Counted from the stretch's first letter, positions 9,048 to 17,449 are shown. The stretch is 27,160 bases of DNA from a virus (IMGVR_UViG_3300036821_000011:1-27160); one strand, 5' to 3'. Made by a program: numbers and translations. Notes: a model not told the origin generated them from the sequence alone.

Positions 9048-10229
9048 CTAGAACCCGGCTGTCAGGAAGTTAGGCGTGAACATGGCCGCGAACGAAACAG
9101 AGCTGAACGTACCGGCCCCGGTACTGACCCGTAGATACCGGTTGACCTGGCCTGTGATCGAGTTACGCTGCGCCCCTAGGGCACTCTGGGCGCCGAAGTC
9201 GAGCAGGGTCGTCCAGCCTGACGTCCCGGTCGTGCTATGCTCGATGAAGATATCCACGGACGTGCCCGTGAACGCGAACACCTGGAGATAAGCGTTGATC
9301 CCGAGGCTGCTCTGTAGCGTCCAGGTCCAGGTCGGCGCCGTCGCGTACACAACCGATATGGTCTGGCCGCCCTGGACAACATAGGTTCCGTCGCCGCTAC
9401 CTACGACAACGCCCGCGACGGTAACATTACCGACGCCGGTGCCACCCGAGATCACGACCGTCGCAGGCTCGCTCGCCGGGTTCGTCGCATTGACGCCCGA
9501 AGCCGGGACAGCCGGAGGAGTAAAGGTCCAGGTCCATACCCAGGTCGGCGCAACCGTGTAAACGATCGAGATGAACTGACCCGAAGGCACCGGGTACGTA
9601 CCGGGCCCGGTACCGACCGATACGCCATTGACGATGACATTCGAGATAGTGCCGCCAGAGATCACGACGGAGGCAGTCAGCGGCGACGGGTTGATGACCG
9701 AGGTAGCACTAGGGATCATAGGCGGCGTAGCAGCCCCGGCGCCGTTATCATACACGGTACCAGCCGTTGCGATCGTATCAGTGCGGACGCCAGGGGTCAG
9801 GGCTACGCCCCATTCCATGCCGTGGCCGTCATTCTGGATTTCTGTCTTGAAAGTCAGGTTACCTGTGGTATCGCGAGTCGGGTCATAGTTGACCTGAATC
9901 GCCCTCATACCGGCCGCGTCGCTGCCTACCGCCTGAACATACCCCGGCGGATGCGCAAGGAAAAGGTTACACGTCTGGTCGGTGCGCGGCAGAGCCTGGA
10001 GGTTGTTCGTCCAGAACGGCGCCACGCTTGTGATATTCAGGAAGCTGGTGAACTGCCAGTCAGCATCATGAAGGCCGCCAAGACGCGCCATTGCAACCTG
10101 CTTGACTCCTGTAGCGTCAAGTACGCCCACAGGAGAGCTAATCTGGTCAACGGATCCGGTGTCCAGGCTCAGGTCGTAGCCGCCCACGTAGAAGTTGGCG
10201 CCGATACCCGACTGCTTGCTAACTGGCAT
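9048..10229 (-). CDS. Tail tube-like structural protein with duplicated inserted beta module
   Basis: 393 aa. The N-terminus (SKQSGIG...LDATGVKQVAMARLGGLHD...YDPTRDTTGNLTF) parallels the 141-aa tube protein (AKTTGLG...EQVTGIDKFAEERILLLGD...YQITRAATGELTW). Confidence 0.7.
   Translation of the reverse strand: MPVSKQSGIGANFYVGGYDLSLDTGSVDQISSPVGVLDATGVKQVAMARLGGLHDADWQFTSFLNITSVAPFWTNNLQALPRTDQTCNLFLAHPPGYVQAVGSDAAGMRAIQVNYDPTRDTTGNLTFKTEIQNDGHGMEWGVALTPGVRTDTIATAGTVYDNGAGAATPPMIPSATSVINPSPLTASVVISGGTISNVIVNGVSVGTGPGTYPVPSGQFISIVYTVAPTWVWTWTFTPPAVPASGVNATNPASEPATVVISGGTGVGNVTVAGVVVGSGDGTYVVQGGQTISVVYATAPTWTWTLQSSLGINAYLQVFAFTGTSVDIFIEHSTTGTSGWTTLLDFGAQSALGAQRNSITGQVNRYLRVSTGAGTFSSVSFAAMFTPNFLTAGF
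9318..9728 (-). repeat. Tandem duplication of a ~67-aa module within the tube-like gene
   Basis: TPPMIPSATSVINP...VVISGGT...GTYPVPSGQFISIVYTVAPTWVWT (9728-9531) versus TPPAVPASGVNATNP...VVISGGT...GTYVVQGGQTISVVYATAPTWTWT (9521-9318). Confidence 0.9.
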
Positions 10230-10238
10230 TACTTCTCC

Positions 10239-10715
10239 CTAGTCGAAGTTCATTGCCCTGACGTATGGAACGATTACTTCCTCGGCTATGCCCTGCGCCT
10301 CCATGTCCAGCTCCTGCGTAGCCTTACGGAAGCCGTGGTAGCCCTTGAATCTGGTACTGAAGTTACGCGAGCCAGTACCTTCTAGCCAGGGCCCGTACAT
10401 CGCATTCTCGGTTGTCACTACCGTTTCGTGAGCAGGGTCGGAAACAATGACCGGCATCGTGTATACCGTGCCGTCGCGCCCGGACCACGCATACGAGTGG
10501 TTAGCGTCGATTGACGTAATGGTCGATAGGAAGCCACCCGGATCATTGCGTATGTTCTCTGCGAAGAACTTACGCGCGAGTGCTATACCGTGCTCCGCGA
10601 GCGCTTCCCTAATGTGGTCCTCAGCTATGATCGCGAGCCCAGCCGCGCGCCCGTCGAACATAGGCCCGCGTAGTGTGACGTTCCCGTCAACGGTGAAGAT
10701 GCCGATGAAGTCCAT
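10239..10715 (-). CDS. Putative neck/tail completion protein (HK97 gp10-like)
   Basis: 158 aa with YGPWLEGTGSRN...FKGYH, resembling the Y-x-x-x-x-E-x-G-T motif of gp10-like proteins. Position and TGATG coupling agree. Confidence 0.65.
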   Translation of the reverse strand: MDFIGIFTVDGNVTLRGPMFDGRAAGLAIIAEDHIREALAEHGIALARKFFAENIRNDPGGFLSTITSIDANHSYAWSGRDGTVYTMPVIVSDPAHETVVTTENAMYGPWLEGTGSRNFSTRFKGYHGFRKATQELDMEAQGIAEEVIVPYVRAMNFD

Positions 10716-10999
10716 CAGTCAGGCTCCCCGAAGCATCCACCTGAATGCGGCTGGCCGCCGTGAAGGCAGGACGGATCATGTACCTGCTTCGGCGGCGCAG
10801 GATCGTCCTCGATCATGTCCTTGATCATCGGCGCGAGTTTGGCCAGCTTATCATCGCCGAATCGCTGAATGTAAATAAAGGCAGGCTGGCCGCTGGTCGC
10901 GTCGATCACGATACGGTGCGTCTCGTTGAGCTCCTCCTGGGTGAGCACCCCCGCTTCAACCAGAGCCCTGCCGAAATGCCAGGCCATTATCTTCGCCAT
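10715..10999 (-). CDS. Hypothetical protein (94 aa)
   Basis: TGATG-coupled at both ends. An alternative GTG start is at 11002. Confidence 0.7.
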   Translation of the reverse strand: MAKIMAWHFGRALVEAGVLTQEELNETHRIVIDATSGQPAFIYIQRFGDDKLAKLAPMIKDMIEDDPAPPKQVHDPSCLHGGQPHSGGCFGEPD

Positions 11000-11475
11000 C
11001 ACGCCACCTGCGCAAACATGTCGTTGATTATGATTGGCACCGTAACCGTTACGATACGGAACATCGTACGGTCTAGCTCCAGGTACCCGGATAGCATGTT
11101 CATCGCAGTACCAGCCATCCCCAGCAGGTCAACCGAGCGCGTGTCCGCGATGCCGCCTAGGCCGAAGTCGCCACTCAGGGCGCCCATCAGATCTGTAGCC
11201 GCAGCGGTCACTTTCGGGTCGATCGCGTCGAATGGCTGGCTAGTGAAGTTCTGGTAAATCCTCTGGTTGAAGATTATGACGCCAGATGTTGCGCTCAGCC
11301 CGCTCTCGCGGTATGGCCGGATCTGGTTTACCCAGACAGCGCAGAAGATGCCGGTGCCCGGCGACGACTTAGGCTCGTGACCGTTAACCGAGTCGAACCG
11401 GCCGCTGGCCTGGGCATAGCTGATGAGGCGATCAAGGACATCATTGATCGCGGCGTCGTCAAAGTTTGCCGTCAC
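10999..11475 (-). CDS. Putative tail terminator / head-tail joining protein
   Basis: 158 aa from GTG 11475 (ASGRFDSVNGHEPKSSPG...FRIVTVTVPIIINDMF). Size and position fit a terminator. Confidence 0.6.
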   Translation of the reverse strand: MTANFDDAAINDVLDRLISYAQASGRFDSVNGHEPKSSPGTGIFCAVWVNQIRPYRESGLSATSGVIIFNQRIYQNFTSQPFDAIDPKVTAAATDLMGALSGDFGLGGIADTRSVDLLGMAGTAMNMLSGYLELDRTMFRIVTVTVPIIINDMFAQVA

Positions 11476-11779
11476 TGCCGCCACCCCCAATTATGATGCC
11501 GCCCTCGACAGCCCTCTCCTGTGGCGTCTTCTCCTTGACGTTGAGGTGCACGTAGCAGCTGGGAACCGCGACGCATGCCATCATGACCTGGCCCATGATT
11601 GTCTGATTGACCCAGTGCGGCGCGAGCGTGACGCCGTCGCGGATAGGCGGGCGATCTGCCTCCGGCACGCCCTTCTGCTCTGCTGCCACGTAGTCCGAGA
11701 TGCACCCGAGGCACTTGAAATGCGGGATACCGGTTACCTCGTGCTCGACCTTGATCGGGATTCCTGTTGCCTTAGCCAT
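11459..11779 (-). CDS. Hypothetical Cys/His-motif protein (106 aa)
   Basis: SD AGGAGGGAG precedes ATG. It has C-x2-C and C-x4-C-x2-H motifs. Confidence 0.7.
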   Translation of the reverse strand: MAKATGIPIKVEHEVTGIPHFKCLGCISDYVAAEQKGVPEADRPPIRDGVTLAPHWVNQTIMGQVMMACVAVPSCYVHLNVKEKTPQERAVEGGIIIGGGGSDGKL

Positions 11780-12104
11780 TTGTCTGCTCCCTCCTATGAG
11801 CGTTCAGATGGATTGAATTGATGTGTTCAAGCGTTACCGGCTTGCCGGGGTGATGCGGGTGGTGCTTGCGGCAAAGCACATGAGTAATGCCGGTCGTGGG
11901 GTCTGTAAAGTTATGCCTTCCTATCCGCCAGCACCAGCGAGTGCCACAGTTCCATTTGCGTAGCTGGTTAAGCAGGAGCCCGAGCAGACTCAGGCCGGCA
12001 ATTCCCGACAAGAAGTCATATGGCTCGAAATGCCCATATGGCTCTCCGTAGTCACTGCCCGTCCAGTGAACGAGGAAATGCCAGGTAGGCAGCCAGTAGT
12101 TCAT
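11772..12104 (-). CDS. Small membrane protein with C-terminal Cys/His cluster (110 aa)
   Basis: ATGA overlap with the adaptor stop at 12101-12104. A hydrophobic segment FLSGIAGLSLLGLLL is followed by C-x4-CWRIGRH...CRKHHPHH. Confidence 0.75.
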   Translation of the reverse strand: MNYWLPTWHFLVHWTGSDYGEPYGHFEPYDFLSGIAGLSLLGLLLNQLRKWNCGTRWCWRIGRHNFTDPTTGITHVLCRKHHPHHPGKPVTLEHINSIHLNAHRREQTNG

Positions 12105-13210
12105 ATGACCCGGCTCCTGACCCTGCGACCGTAACGGGTACACACCCTATCACGTAGGTCGGGTATGCCCTCGCCCGGAGCTGGCTCATTGATCGACCCT
12201 GCACTACGTAGCGCGACCCGCTTGATCGCACTCGTGCCGCCGCCGTACGCGGCTGGCTCCTGTGTAAGCCCTACCGTAGACTCAGCTATGGCCAGTTCCT
12301 TAACTAGCCCAGGCACCAGGAACACACTCACAGGCGCGTTATTCAGGTGCGTAGCTCCCGAGGTACCTAGGGCGCCACGCAGTACCGTTAGCTGTCGCTG
12401 CGCGAACAGGGTGCCAGAGGTATGCGGCGCGAGTATGGTACCGTCCCAGGCCCGCTTGACGGCCAGAAGAGTGGAAGTGAGGATGTCCACGACGAGGAGC
12501 CGTTCCGAGTCGGCCCGCAGAATCTCGCCAGTGGCAAACTTGGTCGCGTCAGGAACAGCCACCTGGTTATCGGCTGCGCTTACGGTAGCTAGCCCGTCAA
12601 AGGCAATACCGGTATCGACCATGGCCTTGTCCTGCACGATCATGCGCTCGCTGTCGACAACGATGGCGTCGCCGACGCCCGGCGAGTAGCTTGTGCTCAC
12701 ATTCACGATTGGGCTAGTCGTATCGGTTAGCGCCGACGTGATCGTCCCGGCAGCCCATGTCTTGAGCCAGTAGCCGAACGTACCCTGAATGCTGATATCC
12801 CTTTGTGGCGTCGGCCCATTACCAAAGCTGAAGTTCTTGCTACGATCTAGCTCGATGCGCGTGAACGGTGGCCCGTAGTTCTCGCTACGGCAGAAGAAAG
12901 CATTGCTGGGAATCGCCGTGCCGCCGCTCGCGAGGATCATGCTAGGGTTCTGAGTCTGATTGGCGGCTAGCTCATTGCGCTCCAGCCAGATACGCCACGG
13001 ATAGGCGTACTGGTAGTTAGGCCAGTCGAGGAACCGGGTAGCGTCTTCCGGGTAGAACTGACGCTGGCACAGGCCGTCAACATCCTCGCTCGCCATTGTG
13101 ATCTGGCGGTCAATCTGGTCCTTGTTGTAAGCCGCCTGCTTAGAGTCCAGCGCCCGCATGACTTCCTCGCGGGTGGCGTAGCAGGGTCGCCAGATCGTCG
13201 TTGTCGTCAT
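12101..13210 (-). CDS. Head-to-tail adaptor with inserted duplicated beta domains
   Basis: N-terminal YATREEV...ASEDVDGLCQRQFYP and C-terminal VPGLVKELAIA resemble gp6/gp15-type adaptor helices. The middle has two DSER-containing modules. Confidence 0.75.
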   Translation of the reverse strand: MTTTTIWRPCYATREEVMRALDSKQAAYNKDQIDRQITMASEDVDGLCQRQFYPEDATRFLDWPNYQYAYPWRIWLERNELAANQTQNPSMILASGGTAIPSNAFFCRSENYGPPFTRIELDRSKNFSFGNGPTPQRDISIQGTFGYWLKTWAAGTITSALTDTTSPIVNVSTSYSPGVGDAIVVDSERMIVQDKAMVDTGIAFDGLATVSAADNQVAVPDATKFATGEILRADSERLLVVDILTSTLLAVKRAWDGTILAPHTSGTLFAQRQLTVLRGALGTSGATHLNNAPVSVFLVPGLVKELAIAESTVGLTQEPAAYGGGTSAIKRVALRSAGSINEPAPGEGIPDLRDRVCTRYGRRVRSRVI

Positions 13211-13530
13211 AGTGCGAGAGGCTCCACTTCAAAGTAATCGACGCCGGGCGCCTGTACGTTGCCGGTACCTATCCACTCAGTCGTCCACAGCTGGTTCCCA
13301 GGCCCTGTCCAGCCAGTTGTATCAAGATTCGCGGTATACACGCCCTGGGCCAGCCGGACGATAGGCGCAGCCGGGTACACAACCGTCACAATAGTGCCGG
13401 GGCTAGCCCTGTACTTGAGCGTGATCGTGGTCGGGTCGGTCAGGGCCCCGGCCGCATTCACAAAGTTAGCCGTCGTCCCGACCAGCGTGCCGCTCATGTA
13501 TACGTTCAGGTTCTGTAGCTTCAGGCTCAC
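13207..13530 (-). CDS. Small Ig-like virion protein (107 aa)
   Basis: GTGA/ATGA coupling at both ends. Beta pattern LTDPTTITL...GVYTANL...WTTEWIGTG. Confidence 0.7.
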   Translation of the reverse strand: MSLKLQNLNVYMSGTLVGTTANFVNAAGALTDPTTITLKYRASPGTIVTVVYPAAPIVRLAQGVYTANLDTTGWTGPGNQLWTTEWIGTGNVQAPGVDYFEVEPLAL

Positions 13531-16500
13531 GGTAGCTCGTTCCCTATGCTTACCTGTCCGGCAGGCTCATTCGTAACGGTGACTGACCCTACGGAAGCAT
13601 CGCTGATTGCTACGCTACCGATAGCCCTGTTAGCAATCGTTACCGAGCTAGACGAGTCAGTTACGATCGCGAAGTTAACCTGGCGATTGGTTATTGTGAC
13701 TTTGCCGGGGAAGTTTGTCGGCGGCGGAGCTCCGAATATGTTGCGCTGTAGCTTACGCAGGAACCGGAAGAAGCCCACCCACCGGTTACGCGAGCCGGTA
13801 GCTGCCGGAGGCGCCTTCACCTTGGCAGTCAGTACCGTAGGTACAGACGGACGCCGGTAAGCAAGCACAGGCCGCGTCGGGCGCCTCGGCTGTGGCGGCG
13901 CATTCATCGGCTGCGGCAGGCGCGATATACGCCGGAGCAGTACGGCGCCGACGCGGGCCCGGCTACCACCCTGCGCAGGTATGACCGGGACAGGCTTCAC
14001 TACTACGGGTAGACGCATGATACGCCGGTAAATGACAGCCCCAGTACGGGCCCGGCTACCCGTCTGCGCCTTAGCGACAGGTACGACTGGCGCTGCCGCT
14101 ACAGTAATGGGCATCCCAGGCGAAGCAGTGCGCCGTACCGTGGCCCCTGGCCGGCCAGCCCGGCGCGAGCCTGGGAGAGTAGCGGGGGCAGCAGGAGCAG
14201 CGGTAGGCGGCGCCAGACTCGCAGAAGAGCGCTTCGGGATCGCCATACCGGGGCGCTCTATCCTGACGCCGCCTACCGCCCGGAGCGGCGCCGTAAGCCA
14301 TGGACGGCGCCGCTGGACGATACCGGCTAGCCGGGCTCTTGAGCCGGTAGCCGGTACGGGACGGATAGGCATTACTACGACACCCCTACGCCGCAGAACC
14401 AGACCGCCCAGCCGGGGCTTGCCCCCTGATTGCACAAGCGGGGAAGGAACAGGAGGCGGAGCCCCGGTGATCTTGAACTGAGGGGCCCGGCGCCACCGGT
14501 ACCCGAGCAGCCGGGCAACAGGCGAGCGGCCCGCGCGCACGAACACGGCCGCTGGCGGCGGAGCCCCAAATATGTTCAGCTGCCCCTGGCGCTTCCACCG
14601 GTAGGCCGCGAGCCTCGCGACGGGCGAGCGCCCCGGCTTCGGTACGATCGCGGGCGCGACCGGTGGCGCCGCCACGAAACCCGCTGGCCGGCGCCCCGTA
14701 GGCGCCGCCGTACGGGCCCGTACCGGGTTCCCGGCCAGGGCCCGGCCGATCCACGGAGCTACGATGGCCCGTACCGGCCGGTAACTTACGAGCCTACCCG
14801 CTAGCCGCGACGGGCGCCCTAGGGCTGGCAGTGGTCCGCTGACGCGCGCCTGGGAGGGTAGCTGGCTGCCCGGCCTACGGGCGATCCACCCGAGCCACCT
14901 GACCTTCTGAGGCTGCTGCTGACGCACAAGTGCGGCCGGAGGAGCTATCTGGGCGGCTGGGCGACGCGACAGCGATCCAAGCCAGCGAACCTTCTGTGGT
15001 ATCTGATGCCTGGCAGGATTGGGCCCGGACACCTGAAGCTGGCTCGTCAGCTGCGTACCCGGCCTCCGCTGGCGCAGATGAAACCACTTAACCCGATTCG
15101 GAGACGGGTACCGAGCCGGAGGTGGTCCACTAACCTGAAGCTGGCTTGGTACCTGGCTACCTGATCGCCGGTACGGCCACCCAATCCAGTGTGCCTTCTG
15201 CGGCTGCTGCTGGCGAATAATAGGCATCTGAGGTGCAAGCTGGGCGGCCGGACGCCGAGACAGCCACCCGAGCCAGCGAGCCCGGTTTAGCGCCGGACTA
15301 CGTGCAGGCGGTACGACAACAGCAGCAACCGGAAGCGACTGCTGGCCGCCTGGCCTACGCGATAGCCATCCTAGCCAGCGTACCCGGTTTGGCGACGCCG
15401 ACCTGGCCGGGGCTGCAACAACCTGGGCAATGGCCGGTACTGCTGACGCCCGTCGTACCGGCCGTACGTAAATGCCAGGTGCCTTAATGCGCAGCTGCTG
15501 AAGCACGGCCTGGCTCGCAGCTGGCGGCTGAGCCGCAAATACTGCCAGCGCGCCATTACAGTTAGACGATGCCGTCCCTGTGAATAGAGGCGAGTACGTA
15601 CCGACCGGTGCAGGCAGAACATAGCCGACATTGCCACCGGACGAAGTAAATATGATGTATCCAGATGGGTTAGTCTGACTTGTATTGTTAAAGTCTACCG
15701 TACCTATAACTAGGCATCCAGTATCTGGTATCCCGAGCGGCCCGCCCGTTAGCGTGGGGACGCTGCTAGTTGATCCTCCTGCCCACGAGGTGACGTAATG
15801 ATCAATCCCGGACCATTCTGTCAGGGCTATCCGCTGGAAGGTAGTAACTCCGCCCTCCCAGTTAATCGTCACGGACGTGACCGACGCCGCCTTGACAGAC
15901 CAGGCAACGAAGTCGGCAACATGAGCGCTCGCGCCATCAGCCGGGTCAATCGTGGACGACAGTGGCGGATTCTGCGCGGTAAGGGATGACTGCGCAGCAT
16001 TGACGCTAACATACCATTTGTTACCAGCCGTGTCTGTAATAGACGTAGGAGCCACGAACGCGCCGTTGTCTAGGTCGTAAAGATGCCCGGCAATTATGAG
16101 TGTGTTCCCGGCTACTGTCGTCCTAGTTATGGTGGCAGGAGATCCAGTACTAACTCCAGCTACACCTGTCTGCCCAACAAGAACTATTTGCGGATGGACA
16201 GGAGACAGCATATGACGTACCGGACGCACATAGCCTGTCGGAGTCCGGGGCCGGGCTGGCATAGGGGCCAGACTTACTACTGGCGCCGCTGCTACAACTA
16301 TCGGCCTAGCTACCGGACGGATAGTTCGCAACCCCACAGCCCTAGCCCGAGCAGCTGGTTTGGCCATCGGCGGAGGAACAGACGGAACCATGGTTCCGGA
16401 ATGATGAGTCTTCCGCCTGGCAAATGCGGGGCGCTCGCGAGAGGCAGGGTGCTGAATCGTTGCCGCAACCCCTGCAGTTCCCTTGTATACAACGACGATA

Positions 16501-17153
16501 CCGGTGCTGTGCGCGACCGTGGCCGTGAAGCCGGGCGCAAAGGAAAGCGTAGCTCCAGATGTCGGACTCGATAGCTTGCCTATGATGAAATGGCTGAATG
16601 CCGACGCCCCGCCGTCATCAAACTCGTCGGTGAACGAGCCGAGGGAACTCCAGCTGTTCGTTGTACTGCTAGAGCCGGACCCGATGTTCTCGACCGAGAG
16701 AGCATACTCGCCGCTACCCGCAACGTTGCCAGTCGTCGTAGTCGTCAGCGCGCCTGTGGTGCCTGAGTTAGTGCCTGCTGTATCGGACGATGGCGTGCCG
16801 CCGCCCGAGTCGTTCAATTCATGCAGGGTACAGGTCACGCGAGTACGAATAGAGGTGCCTGCGATAGAGCTAGTGAATGCCGGGGCTGCATCTGATCCGG
16901 CAGCAACCTTCTCCCAGATCGCAGATACCGAGTTGGTGGCGACTATTTCCTGGGTCTTGGTCCATCCGGTCGTGCCAGCCGCCTCGGCTGTGGCCGCCGC
17001 CGAACTAGATCCAAACGCGGTAACAATCGCAACTAGCCTATTGTTGGCTGTCCGGTTCTGGCCGGTACCCCACGCGCCGGTAACCGTGATCGTGCCGGTT
17101 CCTGAGGTGGTCTGCGCCGGTGCTGCAGGTGTACCGACCTGGCTGACAGACAT
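13527..17153 (-). CDS. 1208-aa protein: two beta-rich domains, very long Arg/Pro/Trp cationic repeat region, C-terminal 10-aa repeats
   Basis: SD AGGTGAGG precedes ATG 17153 and the stop overlaps the next start. Repeat copies differ at synonymous positions (TGG CTA GGA TGG CTA TCG vs TGG CTC GGG TGG CTG TCT), which supports this as the coding frame. Confidence 0.85.
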   Translation of the reverse strand: MSVSQVGTPAAPAQTTSGTGTITVTGAWGTGQNRTANNRLVAIVTAFGSSSAAATAEAAGTTGWTKTQEIVATNSVSAIWEKVAAGSDAAPAFTSSIAGTSIRTRVTCTLHELNDSGGGTPSSDTAGTNSGTTGALTTTTTGNVAGSGEYALSVENIGSGSSSTTNSWSSLGSFTDEFDDGGASAFSHFIIGKLSSPTSGATLSFAPGFTATVAHSTGIVVVYKGTAGVAATIQHPASRERPAFARRKTHHSGTMVPSVPPPMAKPAARARAVGLRTIRPVARPIVVAAAPVVSLAPMPARPRTPTGYVRPVRHMLSPVHPQIVLVGQTGVAGVSTGSPATITRTTVAGNTLIIAGHLYDLDNGAFVAPTSITDTAGNKWYVSVNAAQSSLTAQNPPLSSTIDPADGASAHVADFVAWSVKAASVTSVTINWEGGVTTFQRIALTEWSGIDHYVTSWAGGSTSSVPTLTGGPLGIPDTGCLVIGTVDFNNTSQTNPSGYIIFTSSGGNVGYVLPAPVGTYSPLFTGTASSNCNGALAVFAAQPPAASQAVLQQLRIKAPGIYVRPVRRASAVPAIAQVVAAPARSASPNRVRWLGWLSRRPGGQQSLPVAAVVVPPARSPALNRARWLGWLSRRPAAQLAPQMPIIRQQQPQKAHWIGWPYRRSGSQVPSQLQVSGPPPARYPSPNRVKWFHLRQRRPGTQLTSQLQVSGPNPARHQIPQKVRWLGSLSRRPAAQIAPPAALVRQQQPQKVRWLGWIARRPGSQLPSQARVSGPLPALGRPSRLAGRLVSYRPVRAIVAPWIGRALAGNPVRARTAAPTGRRPAGFVAAPPVAPAIVPKPGRSPVARLAAYRWKRQGQLNIFGAPPPAAVFVRAGRSPVARLLGYRWRRAPQFKITGAPPPVPSPLVQSGGKPRLGGLVLRRRGVVVMPIRPVPATGSRARLAGIVQRRRPWLTAPLRAVGGVRIERPGMAIPKRSSASLAPPTAAPAAPATLPGSRRAGRPGATVRRTASPGMPITVAAAPVVPVAKAQTGSRARTGAVIYRRIMRLPVVVKPVPVIPAQGGSRARVGAVLLRRISRLPQPMNAPPQPRRPTRPVLAYRRPSVPTVLTAKVKAPPAATGSRNRWVGFFRFLRKLQRNIFGAPPPTNFPGKVTITNRQVNFAIVTDSSSSVTIANRAIGSVAISDASVGSVTVTNEPAGQVSIGNELP
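13530..13715 (-). repeat. C-terminal ~10-aa GxVxIx(N/D) repeats
   Basis: GKVTITNRQV / NFAIVTDSS / SSVTIANRAI / GSVAISDASV / GSVTVTNEPA / GQVSIGNELP. Confidence 0.8.
13750..14430 (-). repeat. About six degenerate GSRARxGxxxxRR peptide repeats
   Basis: GGKPRLGGLVLRRR, TGSRARLAGIVQRRR, PGSRRAGRPGATVRR, TGSRARTGAVIYRR, GGSRARVGAVLLRR, TGSRNRWVGFFRFLR. Boundaries are approximate. Confidence 0.8.
14450..14640 (-). repeat. Two copies of GRSPVARLxxYRWxR...IxGAPPP
   Basis: Read directly from the translation. NIFGAPPP recurs near 13720-13745. Boundaries are approximate. Confidence 0.85.
14871..15410 (-). repeat. Six copies of a (N/Q)(R/K)xxWxGWxxRRP-like peptide repeat
   Basis: NRVRWLGWLSRRP, NRARWLGWLSRRP, QKAHWIGWPYRRS, NRVKWFHLRQRRP, QKVRWLGSLSRRP, QKVRWLGWIARRP. 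Confidence 0.9.
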
Positions 17154-17216
17154 CAGCCAGCCTCACCTGAAGTACCGGCGCTGAAACTCATCCCGTGCCT
17201 TGCTTTCTTGCCGAGA

Positions 17217-17230
17217 ACCCCCGGAGGGGT
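17217..17230 (-). promoter_or_regulatory. Intergenic hairpin with C(UCCG)G tetraloop
   Basis: ACCCC-TCCG-GGGGT on the mRNA strand, in the longest intergenic gap. No U-tract follows. Confidence 0.45.
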
Positions 17231-17251
17231 AGGATGTAAAGTATTCAGTTG

Positions 17252-17449
17252 TTACGCAGCGCCGGTTAGCATGAAGGCAGTCAGCCCTCCGGCCAGCCAG
17301 GCGAGGTACGGGCCCCAGCTAATGGTATGGGTAGCCGTGAGCGCGGCGATGAAGAAGCACACGGCCGCAATCAGGAACAGAAACCGGATCAGCGTCCACG
17401 GCCGGGGCGCGTAAAAGCGAGTCGGCTGCTGTTCCTGAGTAGCGGTCAT
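17252..17449 (-). CDS. Small two-TM membrane protein (65 aa)
   Basis: Two hydrophobic segments. The ATG directly follows the TAG of the hidden 17450-17713 ORF. Confidence 0.75.
   Translation of the reverse strand: MTATQEQQPTRFYAPRPWTLIRFLFLIAAVCFFIAALTATHTISWGPYLAWLAGGLTAFMLTGAA

Noticed and set aside
565-14783. Perfect GTAC/CCGG palindromes at 565-580, 9598-9613, 14710-14723 and 14772-14783
   Set aside because: All lie within coding sequence. Roughly one 16-bp palindrome is expected by chance in 27 kb at this GC content, and there is no positional logic.
14871-15410. Possible CRISPR array or DGR template/variable repeat
   Set aside because: The repeats are degenerate, conserved at the protein level with synonymous changes, and not adenine-specific. 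No cas or reverse transcriptase gene is present.
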